Assembly: GCA_965217035.1 (NCBI GenBank)
Contig: OZ244226.1
Coordinates: 682,001 to 746,000, forward strand
Length of the DNA stretch: 64,000 nucleotides
Reading direction: 5' to 3'
Source of the DNA: Bacteriovoracaceae bacterium
GTDB taxonomy: Bacteria > Bdellovibrionota > Bacteriovoracia > Bacteriovoracales > Bacteriovoracaceae
Part shown: positions 57,055-64,000 of the stretch, piece by piece
How positions within the stretch are numbered: position 1 is the first letter of the stretch
Layout of the letters: the number at the start of each line of letters is the position of its first letter
The notes under the pieces: model-generated
The model's input: only the letters and a program-made list of their open reading frames with translations
What the model was told of the DNA's origin: nothing
The model's database searches: none
Program-made: the position numbers and the translations under genes

Positions 57055-58476
57055 CTACTGTATGAATCCCCCTGCTTCGAGAGATTCATAAGCCGATTGT
57101 GAACAAAAAACGTGTGGAATGAAGTTAAAATTCCGTTGAAGCTTACTTACAAGGTTATTTTCAAAGTTTGAAAGAAGAAGGACATTCCCTGATTCTGTTA
57201 AAATCTTTACAGGATCACGCTCTAAAAGAACGTTCGCTTGGGTTTTATCTTTTACAACTCTCTTATGGGATTTTACTAAGTAAATATCTTTTTTCGGGAA
57301 ATCTTCAATGATCCAGTCCTCAGCCTTTCCCTGCTTCTGTAGGTATTCCCTCATTTCCTGGTAGCGATCTCTTGCTTTCTTTAGGATTTTCGTATTTTCT
57401 GATTGATCGTTTTGATCTAAAATTCTCTGCTTAAAAGCATCGTCTTTGATTGTCCTAGGTGAAACTTCAAATAAGAGAGATTTTGCCATGCTATTAATGC
57501 GAGGGACACCTGCCAATTTCTTTGTTTGATAAAGCTCTAAAAGCCTTGTTGAAAAATAATGATCATTATAGCCAAAGAATTTTAGAGGATCTTTTTCAAT
57601 AAACTCAAGTAGCTCACCATAGCGATAAATCATTCTATTTTTCAAAAGATAAAAAGCTAATTCTTCAGCAAGAGCATCAAACTTCGCTCCTCTCGCAGAC
57701 CTCACAACTTGAGAATACCAAGCGAAACGAGAAATTAAGAAGTCTTGAATACAATTGATTGCTTTTTCTTTGATGACTAGAATTTCCTGTCCTGCAATAT
57801 CAAAGGTATCGAAGTGATGGAGTAAATATTCTCGATCGTAGGCTCCGTACTGAAGTCCTGTGTAATGAGCGTCTCTTAAAAGATAATCCATTCGATCGCA
57901 ATCAATCTCAGAATGAAGAATCTGATTCACAAGAGTACTCTTTCCAACCCCTTTCACAAGATCAGATATTAATTGAGGGTCAACTCCAAACTTTTCTAAA
58001 ATAAAAGTGATACCTCCCTCCATTTTAGTTCTCTTAATAATAAAAGATCCGAGATGCTCATGGTTATCAAAACGATCAGCTTCTGGATCAGCTGTTTCGC
58101 CGTATTTTATATAAGAGTTTTCAATTGTATGAGAGAAAGGAAAGGTTCCAATATCATGAAGTAAAGCTGCTAAGCGAACCGATTGATGTTCAAGAAGTTC
58201 AGGTCTTGAAAGATTCCCTTCAAAGATCTCACTATCATCCGTCGCTTTACCAATAGACTTTAAAATACAGTGAGCATTATAAAGGACACCCAATGAGTGT
58301 CCAAACCGAGAATGTTCTGCACCAGGATAAGAGTAAAAGGAAAAGCCCAATTGCTTGATCCATCTCAACCTTTGATAAAATGGGCTATGGATAATCTCCC
58401 ATTCGACTGGTGTCAGTTGAACAAAACCGTAAAGAACGTCGTAAATGATATGATTTTTATTAGGTCTGATAGCAAT
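57055..58476 (-). CDS. HD-domain phosphohydrolase (SAMHD1/dGTPase-like); start uncertain, probably non-canonical
   Basis: IYDVLYG...IIHSPFYQRLRWIKQLG, HSRFGHSLG, LLHDIG, IDCDRMDYL.RD; conserved sequence extends upstream of the ORF-track TTG at 58368. Confidence 0.85.
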   Translation of the reverse strand: MAIRPNKNHIIYDVLYGFVQLTPVEWEIIHSPFYQRLRWIKQLGFSFYSYPGAEHSRFGHSLGVLYNAHCILKSIGKATDDSEIFEGNLSRPELLEHQSVRLAALLHDIGTFPFSHTIENSYIKYGETADPEADRFDNHEHLGSFIIKRTKMEGGITFILEKFGVDPQLISDLVKGVGKSTLVNQILHSEIDCDRMDYLLRDAHYTGLQYGAYDREYLLHHFDTFDIAGQEILVIKEKAINCIQDFLISRFAWYSQVVRSARGAKFDALAEELAFYLLKNRMIYRYGELLEFIEKDPLKFFGYNDHYFSTRLLELYQTKKLAGVPRINSMAKSLLFEVSPRTIKDDAFKQRILDQNDQSENTKILKKARDRYQEMREYLQKQGKAEDWIIEDFPKKDIYLVKSHKRVVKDKTQANVLLERDPVKILTESGNVLLLSNFENNLVSKLQRNFNFIPHVFCSQSAYESLEAGGFIQ

Positions 58477-58490
58477 CTTCCGTGATTGTG

Positions 58491-58519
58491 ATTGCAGTAA
58501 GAGAGTCTCTTACTGCAAT
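58491..58519. other. Perfect 13-bp hairpin containing the upstream gene's stop codon
   Basis: attgcagtaagag-agt-ctcttactgcaat. Confidence 0.85.
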
Positions 58520-58716
58520 GTTCGTGTTTTTCTTTTCTTTTTAAGACTACCAATCACTGTCTCGAGAAGAACTTTCGTTTCGTGGCGAAGTCCATTTTCA
58601 TGGATAAAGCGATAAAAATTCGTCACTTCTTGAGAAGCTTTGAACGCTTTGATTTGTTCAGTATTTTGGCTTTTTGTTTTTTTAGCTTTTGATGTTTTTG
58701 TTGATGTTCTTGGCAT
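58510..58716 (-). CDS. Small basic hypothetical protein, 68 aa
   Basis: MPRTSTKTSKAKK...NFYRFIHENGLRHE...; GAGGA RBS before the ATG at 58716. Confidence 0.75.
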   Translation of the reverse strand: MPRTSTKTSKAKKTKSQNTEQIKAFKASQEVTNFYRFIHENGLRHETKVLLETVIGSLKKKRKTRTLQ

Positions 58717-58772
58717 TATTGGGTCCTCACTTTTCTGGTTTATTTTACTCTGATTATTAAACTTCATCAAGA

Positions 58773-58803
58773 AGATGCGGGGCACCACAGAGGTGCCCCA
58801 AAA
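58773..58803 (-). terminator. GC-rich hairpin after the enhancer-binding-protein gene
   Basis: GGGGCACC-5 nt-GGTGCCCC; weak U-tract. Confidence 0.55.
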
Positions 58804-58807
58804 CGTC

Positions 58808-60328
58808 TTAATTGTTATCCTTACTGATAAGTCCATAGCTGTGAAGTTTGTTATAAAGAGTCTTAACAGTGATTCCAAGTGATTTGGCTGCTCTCGTCTT
58901 GTTTCCACCTAAGTGCTCAAGAGTTTTGCAGATATGTCTTTTTTCAATCTCCTGAAGAGTAATTGGTTCGAAAGCTTCTGTTTCTTGGTTTTTCTTCGCT
59001 TCTTTTTCACTCTCTTCATTAAAGAAGTTGAAATCTCCAATTTCTACTTTGTCGATATACTTCCCTTCTGAAAGTGCATAAGTTCTCTCCATCGTATTTC
59101 TCAACTCAAGGATATTTCCTTCCCAATCAAGCTCTTTAAGCTCGCAAACAGCTTGCTCAGTGAGATATTTCTTAGAAGACTTTCCAAGATTAAGAAAGTG
59201 ATTTGCAAGAATTTTAATATCATCACCTCTTTCTCGAAGAGAAGGTAATGTCATTTGAACAGTAGCTAATCGATAGAAAAGATCTCCTCTAAATTTCTTA
59301 TGAGCAACTAGATCTCTTAAGTGCTTTTGAGAAGTTACTATAACCCTTACGTTTAACGAAAGAAGCTCATCGCTCTCAAGTCTCTTGATTCGACCAGTTG
59401 TTAAGAAATCTAAAATTCTTGTTTGAAGCCTAAGGCTCAACTCAGAAATATCATTAAAAATAACTGTTCCATTATTATTAAGTTCAAGAGCACCTTTTTG
59501 AGCCTGCCAACCAAAGATTTCTCTCTCGAGATTCCCTTCGTTAAGAGTCGCACACTCTACAACCTGACATGACATTCCTCTTCTATTACTTAACTCGTGA
59601 ACTTTCTTTGCCATAAGTCTCTTACCAACACCTGCTTTTCCTTCTATAAGAACTGGAATATCTTGTGTTGCTACTCTTTTGGCCATTGCAAGGGCCTGAA
59701 GAAGTGACGTGTCTTGTCCAATAATTTCAAGTTTTTCACGAGCCTCTTCATGAGAAGCACTTGAAAAACCAGAAGGGTTAGACGTTTGTTCTTTAATTTT
59801 ATTAAGAAGTTCTCTGTTTAAAAATTTTGCCATCAAGTAAAGGTTCATATTCGAAAGAGCGACTTCATGATCGTTAATAAAACTTCTTACTCGAGTAGCA
59901 TCTGACTCATCATATTTTCTTCCCTCTTCAAAAGACTGAACATGAATAGTAGCCATTGGCTTTCCCTCAATCATAACAGGCACAATAATTTCGCTATGAA
60001 TGCTAGGGTCTTTATCATCAGAAGAGAAAAGTGGATCTCTTTGAACAGAGTTACTATAGTAGATTTTCTTTGTCTTAGTAACGTATCCTGCAGCACCTTC
60101 CCCACGAGATTGAATCTTGGCACCTGAGACGATTTCACCATCTCTTGCAATTAACTGAGTCGACTCATCGTTATAAACGAGAGCAATCTCAATTCTATCT
60201 TCATTCATATACTCTTTGAGGAAACCTGATAGGCGGCTAAAGAAAACATCCTCTCTTAAATCGCTCAACAGAACTGTCGAAACTTTAGTGAGGTTTGCTG
60301 CTGAATCATTGAGGTTTCTTTCGATCAT
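58808..60328 (-). CDS. GAF-AAA+-Fis HTH transcriptional regulator (NtrC/NifA-like, no GAFTGA)
   Basis: GAF domain, GKAGVGK, FRGDLFYRL, WEGNILEL.N, GNKTRAAKSLGI..KTLYNKL; AAGGAG RBS before MIERN. Confidence 0.9.
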   Translation of the reverse strand: MIERNLNDSAANLTKVSTVLLSDLREDVFFSRLSGFLKEYMNEDRIEIALVYNDESTQLIARDGEIVSGAKIQSRGEGAAGYVTKTKKIYYSNSVQRDPLFSSDDKDPSIHSEIIVPVMIEGKPMATIHVQSFEEGRKYDESDATRVRSFINDHEVALSNMNLYLMAKFLNRELLNKIKEQTSNPSGFSSASHEEAREKLEIIGQDTSLLQALAMAKRVATQDIPVLIEGKAGVGKRLMAKKVHELSNRRGMSCQVVECATLNEGNLEREIFGWQAQKGALELNNNGTVIFNDISELSLRLQTRILDFLTTGRIKRLESDELLSLNVRVIVTSQKHLRDLVAHKKFRGDLFYRLATVQMTLPSLRERGDDIKILANHFLNLGKSSKKYLTEQAVCELKELDWEGNILELRNTMERTYALSEGKYIDKVEIGDFNFFNEESEKEAKKNQETEAFEPITLQEIEKRHICKTLEHLGGNKTRAAKSLGITVKTLYNKLHSYGLISKDNN

Positions 60329-60474
60329 AGTAAAACTCCTTGACACTAATAAATCTAAAATGGTTAAAAAGCTTACGCAAAGCGTTACTAGAGCAGTATA
60401 ACATTGTGCATAAATTTTACAAGATCTTTTTTATCAGGTACTGAATTTTTTACACTTTTTCTTAGTAAATTCAG

Positions 60475-61806
60475 CTAGTTGGAGAACCTTGGAGTTGAAC
60501 ACTGTCCAATCTTTTTTGTTAATTGTCCCAGGATTTCTCCATCACGGGTCATTATGTATAGGTTTTGATCAGCCTTTACCCGACTCAATACCCTCTGTGA
60601 CGAAAAAACGATGAAATTACCGTCAGGCGAGTAACTTGGGTCCTCATTAGACCCAAAGTTTTTAGTCAACCTGACCAAAGAATGACCAGTAGAAGAGAGC
60701 CTAAAGAGATCGAACGAGTTATCTAGCCAAGAGGCGAAAACAATCTCTCGCCCGTCAGGAGAAAAACGTGGAGTTGCATTGAACTTCCCAACATAACTAA
60801 TTCTTTTCACATTATTTCGCTCTGGTCGAGCGGGATTCATTGTAAAGATAGAAGCTTTCCCTTGTCGACTTGAGAGAAATGTTAAAAGTGACCCTGAACG
60901 ATTAACTGAAGGATCAACATCAATTGCGTAATGGGAAGTCACTTTTCTCAGGGCCTTTGTCTTTAAATCCATGTGATAGATGTCTGAATTTTTCCCGAAA
61001 CTGAGAGTAAGATAAATTCCAGTCCCATCTGCGGTGTAAACGGCACCAGAGTTAATTCCCTTCTTGTTAGAAATAAGTCTTTTTGTTTTACGAATAAGAT
61101 CTAGTTCATACAGTTTTATATTTTTATTTCGATTAACACGACTTTCAATCAAGCTATAGATAATTTTTGTATTATCGGGTGAAAATGCGGGAGATAATAC
61201 AATCCCTCTATGTGAGGTTAACTTTCGAACATTAAAGCCATCAAAGTCCATCATATAAAGTTCTTTTCTATTATTCTTAAGGCTTGATTTTTCATTAGAG
61301 ACAAAAGCAACTTTAGAGGTAAAAACAGATCGCTGCCCAGTTAAGCTTCTATAGAGAACATCATTCGCCTTGTGAGTTGCATCTCTTAAGTTCGCAGCTA
61401 GTAAATTGACTGATGTAGAAGCAAGATACTTTCTTTTAAGCATATCATAAAGAGCAAGACTTAACATGCCTTGCTTACTAATAGTAGAACAATTGATTTC
61501 AACAATCTTAGTAACACCCTCTTTCAAAAAAGGTTTTTGAGCACTTCTTACTCTTGCGATCGCTGTTTTGCTTTCTCGAGAGGAAATATCAAACTTATGA
61601 CGATAAAAAAGAAAATCATTTTTTACAATATTTTTTACTTTCTTAATTGCTGATGTATAAACTTTGTTTCGAGAAATAGGTATTTTTTTACAAGCAACCT
61701 CATTAAGTAATATCCCGTCTTTACTTTGATTAGCCTTACCTACAGCAACTGAATACTGACCATAAGCATGCGATAGACCCATCAAAATAATTAATAAAGC
61801 TTTCAT
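60475..61806 (-). CDS. tolB: Tol-Pal beta-propeller protein TolB
   Basis: PD40 repeats (SPAFSPD, TPRFSPDG, DPSYSPDG); follows tolQRA. Confidence 0.9.
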   Translation of the reverse strand: MKALLIILMGLSHAYGQYSVAVGKANQSKDGILLNEVACKKIPISRNKVYTSAIKKVKNIVKNDFLFYRHKFDISSRESKTAIARVRSAQKPFLKEGVTKIVEINCSTISKQGMLSLALYDMLKRKYLASTSVNLLAANLRDATHKANDVLYRSLTGQRSVFTSKVAFVSNEKSSLKNNRKELYMMDFDGFNVRKLTSHRGIVLSPAFSPDNTKIIYSLIESRVNRNKNIKLYELDLIRKTKRLISNKKGINSGAVYTADGTGIYLTLSFGKNSDIYHMDLKTKALRKVTSHYAIDVDPSVNRSGSLLTFLSSRQGKASIFTMNPARPERNNVKRISYVGKFNATPRFSPDGREIVFASWLDNSFDLFRLSSTGHSLVRLTKNFGSNEDPSYSPDGNFIVFSSQRVLSRVKADQNLYIMTRDGEILGQLTKKIGQCSTPRFSN

Positions 61807-61814
61807 AAAAACTC

Positions 61815-62621
61815 CTAGAATGGAAAAACGAGAATAAGTTCTCCATCAGCAAGTGCCTCACTGATCGTTTTCGGAGGAGCATCAAACGGCTCAGCTAACT
61901 CTATCGCTTTTCTCACTCGAATATCATACTCTTCGTTACCACTTTTCTCAATCAATGACATACGAATCAACTCACCTTGTTTATTGATATAAACACGAAC
62001 CCGACAACGAAGATCAAGGTCTACTAAAAAGCTCGGTAAATTCCAGTGAGGTTTTATTTTGATTTTAACTCTTTGAACGTATTTATCAAGTTCAGAAAGA
62101 TCAACATCATTCACTTCGCCAGTTGCACTCTCTCCTTTTGAGAGCTTATTCCCCATTAAAATCAAATTTGCTAAATCTTTCGCTGCACTCTTTTTTGCCT
62201 TTTTAGCGATACTCTTTGGTTTTCCTACTTTTGATTTCTTTTTTCCTTTTTTCTTATTTTTAGACTTTTTATTCTTAAGAAGAACCATGTCTCCTTTTTT
62301 TATAACGTCTTCTTTTTTAGCAGGATTTTTAATTTTTCCTTTCTCTACTTTTTGTTCAATCTCAGTTGTTTTGACTTGTTTTTCGAGTTGAATTTTTCCT
62401 GATTTAATTTCTGGAAGTCTTTCTAACTCTTTAGTGGTTAGCGTTGGCATTCCGACAAGATCAACTTTTACAGCATCAGGAACTTTTCTAAGAGTCGATT
62501 CAAATAAAGATTTCTTAGTGATCATCTTATAAAGAATAGGATAAGAAAATGTAAGCATCGCTATTGTTGCATGGACAATAAAAGAAAGAACAAAACTTTT
62601 CCTAAGGTCAAAATTCATCAT
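61815..62621 (-). CDS. tolA: TolA/TonB-type energy transducer
   Basis: TM segment with SxxxH (SFIVH), Lys-rich linker, C-terminal W..P...SG...D...AI..A.PF. Confidence 0.8.
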   Translation of the reverse strand: MMNFDLRKSFVLSFIVHATIAMLTFSYPILYKMITKKSLFESTLRKVPDAVKVDLVGMPTLTTKELERLPEIKSGKIQLEKQVKTTEIEQKVEKGKIKNPAKKEDVIKKGDMVLLKNKKSKNKKKGKKKSKVGKPKSIAKKAKKSAAKDLANLILMGNKLSKGESATGEVNDVDLSELDKYVQRVKIKIKPHWNLPSFLVDLDLRCRVRVYINKQGELIRMSLIEKSGNEEYDIRVRKAIELAEPFDAPPKTISEALADGELILVFPF

Positions 62622-63031
62622 TTTTCATCAATTTCAGTAATCAAAGAGACTTGAGTAATACCACTTGCCTTAAGGTAAGCCATTGCTTTTGCGACTTCAC
62701 CGTACACAACTCTGTAATCGGCACGAATAAAAACACTTTCAGTTTTCTTCTCCGTCATTAACTTTGTAATAAAAGGGACCAACTCCGATTTTAGAACTTT
62801 TTGTTCATCCAGATAAAATTCACCTGTTTTACCAATACTAAGAATGATTTGAGAACTTTTAAGATTCACTCCTTGAATCTTTTTCGTTTTTGGCAGTTTG
62901 ACATCAACTCCATTAAACATGAGCGGCGCACTTATCATGAAAATAACGAGAAGAACCAACATAACATCAACAAGAGGAGTGACATTAATTTCGGAGATAA
63001 TCTCTTCATCATTGTTCATATTGAAGGCCAT
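62618..63031 (-). CDS. tolR: TolR/ExbD
   Basis: EINVTPLVDVMLVLLVIFM. Confidence 0.92.
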   Translation of the reverse strand: MAFNMNNDEEIISEINVTPLVDVMLVLLVIFMISAPLMFNGVDVKLPKTKKIQGVNLKSSQIILSIGKTGEFYLDEQKVLKSELVPFITKLMTEKKTESVFIRADYRVVYGEVAKAMAYLKASGITQVSLITEIDEK

Positions 63032-63041
63032 GATATCCCCC

Positions 63042-63737
63042 CTATCGAATCGAGTAATATTTAAGAAAATTCAAAAGATCTTGAGAAAACGAATTCATAT
63101 CAAGTTTTAAATTCTGAAGTTTCTTCGAATAGATATTATAAAACCAACTGGCAGGAATCGCAGCAAAAAGTCCTACAGCTGTCGCAACGAGCGCTTCAGC
63201 AATCCCTGGAGCAACAGCTTCAATGCTTCCACCACCTGTCGAAAGCCCATTGAAAGAATTGATAATTCCCCATACTGTTCCGAATAAGCCAACAAAAGGT
63301 GTTACTGTCGCAATACTTGCAAGCATCGAACGATGTTTATCGACTTCCTTAATTGCTTCGTTACTTCCCTTCATTAGAGAACGTTCGAAATTATCGTAAT
63401 TATTTTTGTCTAAGTAAGAAGCAAGATCAAGGTTTTCAATCTCTGTAACTTTGTCATTCACTTTTCGGAGTTCTTTATAAAAATTATTCCAAATATGAAA
63501 TAAAGGTGAATCTTTATATTTTTCAATTTTATCATTCAGGCTATTAAGAGAAGAAAAACTTGAAATACTATCTTTGAAGAAAATCGATAAAAATTCAGAA
63601 TTAAGATCTTGAATCTTTTTATAAAACTTGTGGTAATGAAAAACGATTCCCCAGGAAAGGATCGACAACAACAACAAAAGTATAAGAACTCCCTTTACAA
63701 CGAGCCCAGACTCCCAAATGATCGCTAAAATATCCAT
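63042..63737 (-). CDS. tolQ: TolQ/ExbB proton channel
   Basis: PFVGLFGTVWGI, VAPGIAEALVATAVGL. Confidence 0.93.
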   Translation of the reverse strand: MDILAIIWESGLVVKGVLILLLLLSILSWGIVFHYHKFYKKIQDLNSEFLSIFFKDSISSFSSLNSLNDKIEKYKDSPLFHIWNNFYKELRKVNDKVTEIENLDLASYLDKNNYDNFERSLMKGSNEAIKEVDKHRSMLASIATVTPFVGLFGTVWGIINSFNGLSTGGGSIEAVAPGIAEALVATAVGLFAAIPASWFYNIYSKKLQNLKLDMNSFSQDLLNFLKYYSIR

Positions 63738-63828
63738 AGTTTACCTTGTTTAAAGAGTGAAAAAGTCATCTCTTTATTCTACCAAAGCCTCGCTTTTCTT
63801 CAATCTCACCTTTAGCCGAGGTATAGAC

Positions 63829-63999
63829 TCAGGCTTCTTCGATCAGCTTATTCTTTTTTGGAAAACGGGACTTAATCCCCATGTAGAGTGAAAAACTTAG
63901 AAGGAGAGAAATGAAGTATAAAAACATTTCTTGTTTTGGTTGAGTGGATTCAACAAAAATAAATAGACCTGATAAGGCACTCAAATAAACCATATGAAT
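63829..63999 (-). CDS. C-terminal end of a membrane protein (start outside the window)
   Basis: Open frame IHMVYLSALSGLFIF...FLYFISLLLSFSLYMGIKSRFPKKNKLIEEA*. Confidence 0.55.
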   Translation of the reverse strand: MHMVYLSALSGLFIFVESTQPKQEMFLYFISLLLSFSLYMGIKSRFPKKNKLIEEA

Positions 64000-64000
64000 A

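Noticed and set aside
58390..58405. Possible frameshift at the 5' end of the HD gene
   Set aside because: Codon-by-codon reading shows the conserved N-terminus is in frame; only a canonical start is missing.
58717..58908. N-terminal extension of the 132-aa ORF
   Set aside because: It overlaps the upstream gene and a terminator-like hairpin; the RBS supports the ATG at 58716.

Overview
AT-rich, gene-dense bacterial chromosome segment. The gene content suggests a predatory Bdellovibrionota (Bacteriovorax/Halobacteriovorax-like); this is inferred, not verified by a search. Housekeeping genes (rpsO-pnp-dut, rpoH, ispA, murG, metG, fumC, UvrD/Rep helicase, rpsF/rpsR-DUF2232-rplI-dnaB, rng, ftsE/X-envC-ctpA-xseA, tolQRAB, nucleoside salvage) are interspersed with secreted or lipoprotein hydrolases (PLD-family protein, kexin-like S8 protease, metzincin, DUF885, lytic transglycosylase, M23) and orphan beta-barrels. 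I saw no rRNA, tRNA, CRISPR array, prophage or transposase. Main observations: (1) three diverged copies of a ~125-140 bp ERIC-like palindromic element with compensatory base changes; one copy supplies the RBS, start codon and N-terminus of MurG, another supplies the nupC stop and fills a whole intergenic space; (2) a single-ORF fusion of ribosomal proteins S6 and S18 that keeps an S6:S18-type leader; (3) an HD-domain dNTPase-like gene whose conserved N-terminus has no ATG/GTG/TTG start, in frame behind a hairpin-embedded stop; (4) a propeptide-less kexin-like protease with a probable external chaperone gene; (5) sigma28-like and sigma70-like -10 boxes 6-7 nt before start codons, suggesting leaderless mRNAs; (6) several degenerate enzymes (enhancer-binding protein without GAFTGA, kinase without ATP-binding boxes, FtsE with an altered signature).
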